From positions 62,001 through 126,000 of the forward strand of contig NIVC01000035.1 in NCBI GenBank assembly GCA_002269645.1: DNA of 64,000 nt. The letters are read 5' to 3'. The notes under the pieces are model-generated. The model ran no database searches, had not been told where the DNA came from, and was given only the letters and a program-made list of their open reading frames with translations. Made by a program: the position numbers and the translations under genes. Source of the stretch: Macrostomum lignano (Eukaryota). Shown in pieces: positions 1 to 24,399 of the stretch. Numbering within the stretch: position 1 is the stretch's first letter; each line of letters starts with the position of its first letter.

Positions 1-3000
1 TTTCAGCTCTCTTTCGTCTGCATTGGCTCACATATTATGTAGATCCACCAAAAAATTAACCTACATGTATAGTTGCTGCACTCCTCCGGGTTGGTCGTCG
101 GTCTCGAGTGTGCTCGCTCCTCCTCCGCACCCCCCCCCGCGGATTCCGGCCCGGCCACGTGCTGGGCTCATTAATATTTCTAGCTCCGGATTGAATGGCC
201 TCTCGCCTGCCGAATTGATGGTATATAGCTACTATATACTACCACTGTAGTTTTGTCAACACTTAAGTTGCTTTTTACAGTGGGCTTCCGTTGTTTCATT
301 TATTCGCTCTATATTTCTTCAATTGTGCCACTTTTTTATATTTGAGCCGGCCTCTTCTCACATTGTGTGTTAATTTTGCTTGGCTTGGCTAATTTGCTTC
401 GTGGCCCTTTCGTATGACTTTTTAAACTATACGGATATACGGATATGCATGAATTTAGAGTTACCTAAAGCGGCTTGTTTTAGCGGGGGCAACGTTTCTA
501 ATTAAGAGCTGACAGAAACTTGCACAGGTAAAAAATCAGCTAAGGTTTGTTGAGTTTTGTTTGAACTGCGAGATACATGACGTAGTTGTTAGGTCATTTT
601 TCATCCTTTTATTCTGTATTATTTTCGTACGAAGTTACATGTATATTGTAGGGAGCTGACAGAATTCCAGATGCAGTTCTCTGAAGAAAAACTTGTAACA
701 AAACGTGTGGCTAGCGTTTGAAAAAAGTGATAGAATTGCCTTCTAAAATTTCGCTGTCGGTTTCAATATTGATATTTGATTATATGGACATGAAATATGA
801 GCGTATGCATGCGGTTTTCAGCTTTCAGTTTGCAAAGTGTTAGAGAATCAGTGCCGCACCCGAACAAAACCAGACTACTCATCATCACCGAGATTAAAGA
901 AAATCTTTAAATCCTGAACTCTCTGCTCTTAGGTAGGAAATCAAAATGACACATTGAGAGCCAATTCAGACAGAACTGTCTCGGGTTGAAGTCATTCCTG
1001 AGGCCGTTTTCTATGCGCTTAAGCCTTGACACATTTGATGCAAAAAATTATCCTGGGTGATGGCATGGACTCGGCTTGTATTCTTAAATTAGGCATGCTC
1101 TGTCCTAACTCTGTCATGCGCATGCTCTGTCTAGGTAGCTAGCGACACCATGCTCAGCGGTTGGTGTGCAGACACTTCTGCTGCTGCTGATGCTAATGCT
1201 CAATACAGGTGCGACAGAGCCCAAAAAATAGTTTTTTTGTTAGTTAAGGTCATTTGTCAATTACGTAGTTAAACAGAAACTCACTCAGTAGCAGATAACA
1301 GATTTAGTTTGTCTCGCAATTGTTATGCTAGTTTAGTTTGCGAGTAGCCAACGAACGTCCCAGGTAGAGAAAAAAGAGGGAGATATATCCCACTAGGCAT
1401 CAATTTCACTATATTTAATAATAGCTCAGCTGCATGTTTAGGTCAAGTGCGAATGTACGGCAGGATGAGGTGCGAGGTGGGGTGATCAATGTCAGAGGGG
1501 ATGGGCAGACTGGGAGGGTTGGGGTAATGGCGCCAGAGAAAAAGGGCCGATAGCACAATACCCCTCCCAAAGTCATAAAAACAAAGACTGAATGAAATCG
1601 ACAAAAATGCATTTAATGGAGTTCGTAATACGAAAATAAGAGAAAAGGATGCGGTTACTGAAAACGCGAGAACAGGGATGAAGAGCGCTACGCAAAAAAA
1701 TAGCAAAAATGTTCTTATTGAACGACAAAAACTTGTTATAAAAGTAAACTAAAAATTAGGTATTTTGTAGTTCAGGTCTTCCGGGCTGCGCCAGATTCCT
1801 GCTTGACACCACACTCTTGGAACCCGAAGTCACACTCACTGACGCTGAAAAAATTATGTCGTTTTCGACATCATTGCTGTGGTCATCGATCAGCCTCCTG
1901 CCGGTCTCCGATGCTCGACACCTTGTCCTTTGTGTCCTTTCAGCCTGGCCCTCCTCACAACTCCCGAGGAACGAGTGAAAAGTTTGCTTTAGCACACCTG
2001 AGAGAGTGAGAACACACGGATAACACTACTAGAAGCTGTACTCAGGGACTGGGTGATAGTTCAATGGCATTGTTGGGCACAACGATTGATCATTTACCGT
2101 GTTGGAAAGCTCGTGAGTATTCTTCCATTCCATCTCCACTTTTTTAAACTTACAAACACATACATGGGCCATCAATTAATCATGATTGAGTTTCAGATCT
2201 AGCTCATTTAAACATGTTTTAATCCGTACATCAAATCAATGTACGGGTAGGTACCAGGAAATAGAGCATGTTTTTATTCAAATGGTTTCTTAGAAAATCT
2301 GTATCATACTTCGCCTTATAAAGTAAAAGTTTATGTTTCTTTTCATGTATGCGCTAGTACATGATATTAATCGTAACAACTTCTAAATTATGCAGTAAAC
2401 AGCTACAGGCTACGATACCCACTGATGAAGAGAGTAATGTCTAATTAAAAATTGACCTCCACTTGAGGCTGAAACACTTGTACAGTAAGTTAGTTCAATT
2501 CTCGATACAATTTATAAAAATTCTCCAGAATAATTTAAGCGATCGGAGTCAAAAGCAATAATGCAACCTACATGTAATTGCAGATGTAGCAAAATTTCTT
2601 ACTTCATACTTACCAATTAGCTACTTTTACATGTACGAGTATATACCTTCAACCCGCGAGTAAAAAAAGTCATTATAAACCAAGGACTAAAGCTGAGAGC
2701 TATCCAATTACATCTATATAGGCGAAATAAACCCTATAGTAGATTTTGTCATTGATTCCATATATAAGCTTGCTGCGCATTCCATCGCATGTGGACGATA
2801 AGGTGTAATTATTAAGACTGCAGTATAAAGGTGCTAAGTGTGCCGATGTCAACACGTCAACTATTCGATTCCGAGAGCACGTGCCTTGGAATTTACACGT
2901 CCTTCCGCCAATATCGTGACTGAGCTTCTTTTTGGTCCACATGGTACCAGCAGACGTCATGCAAGCTCAGCATATAATAAGCCTTAATAACACGCAAGAT

Positions 3001-3062
3001 TACATGTGAGTCATAAAACACAGTCAAAAACAGTTTCGGTACACATTGTTGGGGACATTAGC

Positions 3063-14274
<11,212 letters not shown>

Positions 14275-14302
14275 CTGACCTTATTAGGAATGAGAGGCCC
14301 GT

Positions 14303-15527
<1,225 letters not shown>

Positions 15528-15840
15528 TAATTCATGGAAAGAGATGCACATATTATACAGAATTATTATTTCTCTGCTTATGCAGAGCTTTTACAAAGTA
15601 TTTATAGTTAATTATTATCTTTTTTCACTTCTTAAGTAGTAGCAGTTTATTCACGTTGTCATTTAAGCAACATTTTTAGCTATTCCCATCCTATCTGTGG
15701 CCATCATTTTCTGTTTTTCAATTAACATTGCAATAAAATTCCAGTAGCTATTTGTACGCTGATTAAGTATCGAAATTTATATACTCGTAGCTATATAAGT
15801 ATAAAAACTCTAAGGCTTTGCTTAATACTCACTGTAGCTA

Positions 15841-17312
15841 CACCTTTTCGCGTTCAATTTTGATCAAAGTCCAGTTCTGAAAAAAACTAGCGGAAATTCA
15901 ATTCAGACAATTCAGACTGGGGCAACGCTTACGGAAAATCAATAGAAGCAAACCCCAGTTTAAAACACTATGCCACTGAAGCAAGGTTTAGCCATAGACA
16001 AAATCATCCCCAGTCTGAATTGACTGAATTAAATTTCCGCTACACCATTTTACCCTCGAATTTGAACAAGGAGAACTTCGAAACCGACAAACTACTCTTC
16101 AATATTGACACTCTATGATCGGGAACTCAAAATCTACAATCAATATTGACAGATCAAGCTTCAATTTTGACCAACTCTTAGGGCACGATTTCGTATGCCG
16201 TGGTCCTCCTGATCCTCTTTATCCCCAACTGATTCGCTAGGTGCACAAAGTCGTCTCGGTTCTCATGAGCAGAAATTAGGCGCTGTCGGTCCTGGAAGGA
16301 CACAGACCGATTTTTGCGGCGGCCAGCTAGGCTGTTTCTGCTCCTCTTCAAAAAACCTTCTGTGGCGTCGCTATCAATCAGCCTGGCTAAATTAGTTCTT
16401 CAGATTAGCAATTATAAGTGACAAACACAGCAGAGCAAGAACTGCTGCTTTCATGCTCTTTTGAATTCCTCTGTGCCAAGATGTGCATTAGTTGGTCTGA
16501 CCAACTATCTATGATAAAAACTGAAGCAGTAGCCAATTGGATTCAAGGTACAGGCTGCCTCAAGACATAGAGAAAAAAAACTGCCACAGACAAAAGACTG
16601 CCTCGAAATTTCCAAGCTTAACGAATATTGATTAGGAGTTGTCAAAAATGAAGCGGACTTTTTGGGTACACAAACCATAGAGTGTCAGTTTTGAAGCAAC
16701 TCTGTCAAAATAGAATCGGACTTTGCGGCCCAACCAGTCAGGCTATTTTAGTCTGTGTGTGTAAAAGGATGGAGAAAATTTTTTTTATTAATACTTGTAG
16801 ATCCCGAAAGAAAGGTCAGAATGAGCTGATTTTGCACAGATAACTTCAGCCCCGTTCAGGTTTTCATTGGATTACTTTGTTACCGAATTCTCCAAAGACA
16901 AGTTGACTAAACGTGCATTGTCAAAATTGAACCATAGTTGGTCAAAATTGAAGCTTGATCTGTCAATATTGATTGTAGATTTTGAGTGCCCGACCATAGA
17001 GTGTCAATATTGAAGAGGAGTTTGTCAGTTTCGAAGTTCTCCTTGTTCAAAATCGAGGTCAATCTTTGTTATGTTATAAGAAACGAGACCAAATGGCTTG
17101 CTAAGTTGTGTCGACAGCTCTTGAGTCAATCGATAAGTAAGCGAGCTCTTTTTTAGTTAATTTGCAAGTACGTACATTTAGAAAGTACAGTGCATCGCGT
17201 AGATGTACATAGAGCGCTCAATGCTAAAACAACAAATCTTGACCAACTACACCAACTAAAATGGTGTAGTTTTGAGAAATGGACTTTGATCAAAGTTGAA
17301 CGGGAAAAGGTG
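15841..17312 (-). mobile_element. Non-autonomous long-TIR DNA transposon (Tc1/IS630-like deletion derivative), TA-flanked
   Basis: Left end ta|caccttttcgcgttcaattttgatcaaagtcca is inverted at tggactttgatcaaagttgaacgggaaaaggtg|ta (2 mismatches). The arms continue as 16043-16176 versus 16934-17058. A minus-strand remnant at 16180-16320 reads, with a frameshift, DRQRLISAHE/DDFVHLANQLGIKR..RTTAYEIV, which resembles a Tc1-like HTH. Confidence 0.75.
15890..16040. mobile_element. 151-bp MITE inserted in the left TIR of the element above, with TA duplication
   Basis: TIRs gcggaaattcaattcagacaattcagactgggg / ccccagtctgaattgactgaattaaatttccgc. Flanked by TA at 15888-15889 and 16041-16042; removing it restores the match to the right arm (aaaactacaccatttta). 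Confidence 0.85.
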
Positions 17313-17965
17313 TACTAGAATTAATATAATAAAGCGAATTTATAAATTGTCTATGGCCGCACTTGATTTTCGCAAGCTTGTACAGTGGATTTATCTATGG
17401 CCGCAACTGAAGTCATCAGCTAGTATATCCAGTTTCTGAAAAAAACGAAAGGACTCCCATCCGCTAGAGTTTTGGATTAGCCTACGCTCGTATTCTTTAT
17501 GTTTTAAAGTTGAAATAAATATTTGCTCCTAGTTTGGTAAGTTTCTGAACTTTTATTGAAGCTATAAATTTTTATTTAGTTTGTTACTTATTCTGACATC
17601 GAATTAGTATAAAATTATGTTACAGCTAGTATTTACTTTTAAATAGTTTTCACTTTTGTTAGAAGTTATTATTGAGAATAATGCAAAATATATGGAATTG
17701 ACTTTCGTGTATAAATTAGATGACGATATAAGTTTATTAGAATTAAACATAAGTTTATTTGTAGCTGTATATTTATTTAGTCAGCCAGTTACCCCTATAA
17801 AGCCATAATATACCTGCTATATGCTATAGTAACATAACAGAATTTTTTTACTAAATTGGAGCAAAATTTTAATTAGATTGCCCAGAAACTTTCTTATTAA
17901 AGATAAAATTTTAATGCTAGCCATCGGCATCAGATTAAAATAATAATTAACTATACAATATACTT

Positions 17966-18158
17966 GGATAGAACCCTATCTACCATAAACCTACGGTGAT
18001 TACTGCTAGGAGATAGATCCGTATCTACCATATACTTCATATACCTTCGGTGATAGATGCTGGTAGATAGATCCATATCTACCGTAAACCTTCGGTGATA
18101 GATGCTGGTAGATAGATCCATATCTACCATAAAGCTACGGTGATTGATTCTGGTAGAT
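17966..18158. repeat. About 45-bp minisatellite (tagatagatccatatctaccatagaccttcggtgatagatgctgg), short degenerate array
   Basis: Same unit and orientation as 22875-23360. Confidence 0.85.
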
Positions 18159-18589
18159 AAGGCTGTTGTTATCTAACGAAAACAACAAAAACAGATCGAT
18201 TTTTAGTCAGTCGACAAAATGTCAGTCAATCAACAAATAGTTAAAGAATGAACAGTTTTACGCCATCTTTCTCCATTACAACTGTTGGTTGTTTACTCTC
18301 ATTCGAAGTTGGTTGTTCAATTCTGCCGTTCTCCAATTCGATCCCAATCTTCTTGGTAACGGAGCAGGATGTAGAAACCCGCAATGGTAGACTCGATGTA
18401 GGTGCGACTTACAATTGTTGATCAGTCTCTCGGTGCATGCCATCGGAGATTATGTTGCTAAGCGAACGCAATTCTGTCCAAGAGTAAGAGCCTTAGTGTA
18501 GCGCTGCACCGACACGGGCTTCTTATGTCCATTGTATCACGCTGGCGCGCGTTAGATGCACGATTTACTGTGCGTCTAATGTAGGTGTC

Positions 18590-20635
18590 TATGGCAATTT
18601 TCTATCTGAGTAAAAGCAACAAGCGTGCGTCTAACGCGTGCGTGTAATGCACGGAAAGTGAGTATATTTTAATAAGTATACTTCTGCTACAAGTACAACG
18701 AACGAATAACAGGGAACTGTGTAAACAAGGTAGACTGCGTAGACGATTACCTATCATTGACAGGGAAAGCTAATGAGAATGAAGGCGTTCAGCATTTGGA
18801 AGTTCAGTGTGGGAAAATTATTACTCATTGTTATTACTCACTCTAAGAATTGAACGTGCAGTTGTTGACAGTGTTGTAGAAGTTATAAACCACAGTTGGT
18901 TTCTTCTTGGCGTCATCACTTGGCGTCCCACCAGCAACGTCCGACGTGTCAGAAATAATCAGTGACTGGCTCATGACGGTAGAAGATCGTCTTTCATAAT
19001 CACGTCTTGCATGGAATCATCCTTGTGTAGTGCAGAAGCCAAGCTGACCGACATGTCTCGCATTTCGCCGTCCCTTCTGGAGCCAAAGCGTAAGTAGCGT
19101 TCTACAGTTCGCGTCTGCTTATGGCCAGTGACTTTGCAGATATCAGACGCGCTGTAACCTGCGTTAGATAGCTCCTTTATTACCGTGGATCGAATGCAGT
19201 GCGCAGTGTATGACTTTGATAAATTCGCCTTCTTTGAAATGACGGTCATCAGCTGGCCCAAAGGATTCACACCAATTGCCTTGTTCGGGCAGTACCATGC
19301 TCTATTCGCCCAACCAGTCTTTTTCGGCAGTAAGAAGAAAGAATATCTTTTCGCCGTCTCCGAACTGCTTGATGGAATGGATTGCTCACGCTTAGCTAAA
19401 TAGAGCTTCATAGCTTCGACAGGGCAGCGGCTTCTGTCTGGCAACGCACTCATAATAGCTTGCTTGACATCGTCACACGAGTTCCTGGAGAGTTCTTTGC
19501 CAACATTCTTTACTGTTCCAGCAACAAAGCGCACCACTTCAATCCCATCGGAATCCGTCTCAAATCGAAAGGAATCATCGCTTAGTGAACGGATCCACTC
19601 GCGACCTCTGTTTCCGAAGTAGAAAATAACGTTGTAGTACACTTCATGAAGTAGCACCTCTGGAGATTTCCGATCGAAGTAGTCAGACAGCCTCTTCAGA
19701 TCAACAGGCTCGATCGATTGGAAGTGTCGGGCGCGTCCGCCTCGGGCAATGAAGATTCTACCCATTGACTTCAGTGTCGTATTGGAAGCATAGAATGCGT
19801 CGTCAGTTAGAATATTGATTCGCCTTGTCGACATGAAATGCCGGTAGAGCGCAGCTCGGATACAAATCAACGTGGCTGGAGCAAAGTATTCGCCATTCCT
19901 CTTGCGAAGTGAGCCATAGAAGTATCGCAATAGACTGTCGATCTCGCGCGGTGTAGAAGTCGCCAAATCACGCTGAACTGACGGATGGTTCTCCATGAAG
20001 CTCTGCAACTTACCGAGATAATATTCGGTAGCCTTTGTCACACTTTTACTAGCAGCGGTGTCCTCGATTTCGGAAACGAGCTGTTCCAATTCAAGTAGTT
20101 CAGCTTCTTTGTCAGGTATCTTCTTGAAAAGTGCCTCCAGAAGATCCTCCTCTTCTCGATCAATTGCCGACTCCGGTAGATTATCAGGCTCGTTCAGAAT
20201 GTCGTCAATCTCATTGGTGGACAAGCCGGAAATCATTTCGTTCGGAAATTTGCTCAGATTCAGAAGTCTGACTTTAGTTGGTGGCTCAGCCATATTCTCT
20301 CACAAGTGATTTTAATTTAACAGCTTCTTATTCCCTTCTTCGCAACACTCAATCAACTTGCGTGCCTTTCACGCATTTTTGTCTATGGTTAAGACAAATT
20401 AACTGAGCGTGCATCTAACGCGCCATCTAAAGTATTAAGCCAACGTAATACAATGCAACTCATACATCGATTTTTTGTGCTTAAATGGTCTATGGCACTC
20501 GTGCGCTGCGCGCACTCGTGCATAGACCATTTAAGCACGCAAAATCGATGTATGAATCCTACATTGTCGTTTGACCACAGCGTGCAGGAATGATTTTTTC
20601 GATTTATTATCGTGCAGGAATGTCTGTGTCTATGG
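18590..20635 (-). mobile_element. Crypton unit A (TATGG to TATGG)
   Basis: TATGG at 18590-18594 and 20631-20635 (also 20384, 20491); internal inverted repeat 18543-18562 / 20408-20425 flanks the gene. Exact ends are inferred. Confidence 0.65.
18971..20293 (-). CDS. Crypton-type tyrosine recombinase, copy A (intact 440-aa ORF, no intron)
   Basis: LLRYFYGSLRKRNGEYFAPATLICIRAALYRHF; FYFGNRGREW (catalytic R); CPVEAMKLYL; WY..AIGVNPLG; YTAHCIRST (HxxR); VTGHK (H); VERY (Y nucleophile). Matches the Crypton / DUF3504 (KCTD1/ZMYM-related) recombinase pattern. Confidence 0.9.
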   Translation of the reverse strand: MAEPPTKVRLLNLSKFPNEMISGLSTNEIDDILNEPDNLPESAIDREEEDLLEALFKKIPDKEAELLELEQLVSEIEDTAASKSVTKATEYYLGKLQSFMENHPSVQRDLATSTPREIDSLLRYFYGSLRKRNGEYFAPATLICIRAALYRHFMSTRRINILTDDAFYASNTTLKSMGRIFIARGGRARHFQSIEPVDLKRLSDYFDRKSPEVLLHEVYYNVIFYFGNRGREWIRSLSDDSFRFETDSDGIEVVRFVAGTVKNVGKELSRNSCDDVKQAIMSALPDRSRCPVEAMKLYLAKREQSIPSSSSETAKRYSFFLLPKKTGWANRAWYCPNKAIGVNPLGQLMTVISKKANLSKSYTAHCIRSTVIKELSNAGYSASDICKVTGHKQTRTVERYLRFGSRRDGEMRDMSVSLASALHKDDSMQDVIMKDDLLPS

Positions 20636-22218
20636 TAGAAATCACTTGACATACGTTAGCTTATCGTGCAGGAATGAAAGTCATTCATTCATTCATTCGA
20701 TTTAACAATTTATTTTTAGAAGCAACTGAATATGTAATCAAGCTTCGCTCAATGTAGAACTTGGTGCCGGCATAGTTCCAGCTAGAGCGACTGTCAGCTG
20801 ATCACTCATCCCTGCCATGATCGAGTCCCTCTTCTTGCCTCTCCGGATGTATCGTTCTACCGACGCGCTATTCTGTGAATAGAGGTGGTGTTTAATAAAT
20901 TCCTTGTCCATGTGTCAATAAACTTACTAAGAATAAAGAATTGCTCACCTTGTGACCTGTCACCTTCGCAATTTTTTTCGACAGAAAAGCCAGCTTCATG
21001 CAGCTCCGTAACAACTGTAGGTCGCACACAATGCGGAGTGTACAGCTTGGACAGGTTAGCATTCGAAGAGATCTTCTTGAGCAACGGCCCCAAAGTGTTG
21101 ATTCCAACTGGTACTTTGGTGTACCAGATGCCATCCGTATTCACTCGTGGTTTCGGACGCAGAAAGAAGTCCTCCTGATTCCAACCCGGTACGGCAGTAA
21201 TTTTCGACAAATAAAGCTAGAAGGCCTGAACTGGACAGTGCCTTGACTCCGGCTTGGCCACCATCAAGGCCTGTTTATTGTCGTCGCAGAGTCGCATGTC
21301 ACTCGAGCCTTTTACATTCTTTGAGGTGCTGCCTTGCAACTCGATCGCCATAGCTCCGTTTGATAGGGCCTTCTCTCGGAATGAACGAACAGTGAGACCT
21401 CGTAGCCATTCTCTGCCGCGATTGCCGAAATAAAATAACACATTGAAATATACCTCTTCTTGCAAACGTGTTGGAGTGCTTCTGTCGAAGTAAGAAGCAA
21501 GCTTGACAAGGTCGTCCGACTCAATGGCTTCGTAATGCTGCACTCGACCACCGGACTTCAAATACGCATTGCAAACATTCTTCACCATCAAATTCGCGCT
21601 ATGAAAAGCCTCGTGAGCGATGATATTGAGGCCACGTAATTTCATAAAGTACCTGAACAGTGCGGCTCGAATTCCTACGATTGTATTCGGCGAATAGAAG
21701 CTGCCGTCTGACTTACGCAGAGTCGCATAGAAGTAGCGGACCCATTTGGCAATTTCTTCCACCGAAGCAGTCGTGTAATCCACTTTTAAATTATTCTCCG
21801 CCAACCAGGCCGTCAAGCGGTTGATCACAGCTTTCTCCTTAGAGACAGTCGAATGACATTCGTTGTCGCGTTCCAGTTGAGCGGCCAGACTTTCCAATTC
21901 GTCAAGGTTACACAAGGTTTCCGGATCCGAGCTGAAAAGTTTCTCTAATTCCTCGCTGAACGTGCAATCCGCTATCAGTGCAGTCAAATCGTCGCCCGTC
22001 CTCTCAAAGTTGCTGGACACACTTTCAATAAACATTTCGTCGCCACTTAATCCAGACACCGTAGCGTAGCGAAAATCAATTAATGGAGGATTCAGAGCCG
22101 AGTCGATTACAGACGCCATAGTCAATAAGCTTTATACACTTTTCTATAAACTCTCCACTCAATTTTCATCTCTTCTTAACGTTTCTCGAAAACCGTGCAG
22201 GAATGACTTTGTCTATGG
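20631..22218 (-). mobile_element. Crypton unit B, sharing the TATGG at 20631 with unit A
   Basis: Bounded by CGTGCAGGAATG-N6-TCTATGG at 20611-20635 and 22194-22218. Confidence 0.7.
20738..22119 (-). pseudogene. Crypton tyrosine recombinase copy B, two exons (22119-20949, 20872-20738), disrupted
   Basis: MASVIDSALNPPLID...FYFGNRGREW...CPVQAF*LYL (in-frame TAG at 21217-21219), YTPHCVRPT, +1 frameshift in an A7 run near 20971-20977 before IAKVTGHK, then a 76-nt GT-AG intron (20948-20873) and NSASVERYIRRGKKRD...SEA*. A minus-strand AATAAA lies near 20710. Confidence 0.88.
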
Positions 22219-22435
22219 TCAAAAGACAATGATTTTCCTACACACAAACTCGTGCGTCTATGGCAAAATGCACTCGTGCGCGTCTTTTCTTTTCTTAGCT
22301 GTGACAAAATTATTCTTGATGAAAATGTGTCTATGGTCAGAATGTGGGGGGCTTCCACACCCCCCAGCAGGGACTCCGTCCCCGCACCCCCGCTTGATGA
22401 GAATTTGTCTGGTCTATGGTAAAAAGCCCACTAAC

Positions 22436-22870
22436 AATATACAATTGTGTTAGTATGGACATCCGGGTTGTTAGGGTCCACGAAGTGCAGCCGGTGGTTT
22501 ACCGTCAAACGCCTGCCACTGGTCTGTGATGATGCGCGTCCCGGGCAACACGTACCACTGCACAAGGCGCAGGATGTTGGCCGCGCTGCGATCCGGTATG
22601 GCCACCATCATGCAGCGTTAGAACCCCGTTCAAACATCCCTAGAACCCATTGGCCTGGCCAATACTGGCCTTGGTGGTACTTGCGGCGGAAGAAGTAGCT
22701 TTCATCGATTTCAACGTAGACACCAGGCCCTCCCAGCTGCAGTGGATGGTCCTGCAGGTACTGGCCGCAGATGTCCCGGATGAAGTTTTGCCAATCCACG
22801 ATGGTCTGGATGGCAATATTTCCGCACTGTTGCCGGGCGTCCTTCTGCTTGGCCTAAACTATAGAGGATT
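22436..22870 (-). pseudogene. Merlin (IS1016/IS1595-like) DDE transposase fragment
   Basis: LGGPGVYVEIDESYFFRRKYHQGQ...QWVLGMFERG; after frameshifts PDRSAANILRLVQWYVLPGTRIITDQWQAF and VNHRLHFVDP...VHTNTI. Confidence 0.85.
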
Positions 22871-22874
22871 GCCG

Positions 22875-23360
22875 GAGATAGATCCATATCTACCATAGAT
22901 CTTCGGTGATAGATGCTGGTAGATAGATCCATATCTACCATAGACCTTCGGTGATAGATGCTGGTAGATAGATCCGTATCTATCATAGACCTTCGGTGAT
23001 AGATGCTGGTAGATAGATCCGTATCTATCATAGACCTTCGGTGATAGATGCTGGTAGATAGATCCATATCTACCATAGACCTTCGGTGATAGATGCTGGT
23101 AGATAGATCCGTATCTACCATAGACCTTCGGTGATAGATGCTGGTAGATAGATCCATATCTACCATAGACCTTCGGTGATAGATGCTGGTAGATAGATCC
23201 ATATCTACCATAGACCTTCGGTGATAGATAGATCCATATCTACCATAGACCTTCGGTGATAGATAGATCCATATCTACCATAGACCTTCGGTGATAGATG
23301 CTGGTAGATAGATCCATATCTACCATAGACCTTCGGTGATAGATGCTGGTAGATATATCC
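22875..23360. repeat. 45-bp minisatellite, about 10 units
   Basis: Unit tagatagatccatatctaccatagaccttcggtgatagatgctgg; the minus strand contains GTCTATGGTAGA. Confidence 0.95.
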
Positions 23361-23847
23361 ATATTTTGAGTTAAGGCGCGGCCTGCATCTGCAAGTTTTA
23401 AAGTGTTGAGCCAAGACCGACGCGATTGTAATGACTTAAGCGAAACAACTGCAGATTCAAAGCGCGCAATGAAGCTGGGAACAAGTACCCAATCCAGATT
23501 TGTTTTATACAGCCAAAACTGTATAAAACCGTCAGCTGCAGTTACTTATAATTGCAGCACATAGACAGAGTTATGAAAATATACAAACGCAAACAGAAAA
23601 AATAGCATAGCCGATCAATTTCAGGGTCCGACGGCGATTTCATTGCGACACAAGGGTTTCAAGGGTTTCAAGTTGGAAAATTCTTGTAGTCTCCCATTTC
23701 CCCGCATGCAATAATAAACTTTATTATTTATGGAACTATATGCATTGGGTTTTTCACGAGACTGTTGATAACGAAATTTTATGTCGATTCCAATGCTTTT
23801 TTCTTCAAACACAAGGGAAAAGGTTTTGACCATGTGCAAGAAAGCCC

Positions 23848-24013
23848 CAGCATGATTAGCCCCCAAAAGTGGAACATTCCATTTTAGAAAATCTTTGCCA
23901 GTAAAAAGCTTCGCCTCATGGCGTACAGGAGCTATATGTTGCGGGTTGTGTGTGTCCGGGAAACCATTACAGATGCAGCATGATTAGCCCCCAAAAGTGG
24001 AATATTCCATTTT
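23848..24013. repeat. 38-bp direct repeat pair
   Basis: cagcatgattagcccccaaaagtggaa(c/t)attccatttt near 23848 and 23976. Confidence 0.8.
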
Positions 24014-24399
24014 TCGCAAAAAATTACTCTGAAATGTCCTCATACGAGCGTACTGATGTTTATGCTTCCGAATGCGCAAAACGCTGTGGGGCTGCGCACC
24101 CACGTCATAAAAGTCAACGTTGCAAATTTCTAAATAAGATGAGAAGACTGTGCATTACCAATTGTTCAATAATGCACTTACGTGCATTGGATTCTGCAAA
24201 ATTGTAACGACTTTGCATTGTTTTAATTGTCTAATGCACTAAACGGCACAAATAACGAAACAAATAACAAGCGCAGAGAGTTTAGGGAATGCCCCCCCCC
24301 ACGCGTACAATTTTCGCGGCACGCAGCGCCTTTTCTACCGTTTTCGCTTCTCCTTTTTCAATGAGCCTCGCCTCACGCAATGAGCCTGGCAGATTTCCC

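Noticed and set aside
1142-2009. Possible small secreted protein from spliced segments (VQTLLLLLMLMLNT|GLPGCARFLLD...)
   Set aside because: No in-frame ATG before the hydrophobic stretch (TAG at 1136); may be 5'UTR exons of Mcr or chance.
17966-23360. The two 45-bp arrays as terminal repeats of one large Merlin element containing Cryptons A and B
   Set aside because: The arrays are direct rather than inverted, and no Merlin C-terminus, TIR or 8-9 bp TSD was found on the left side.
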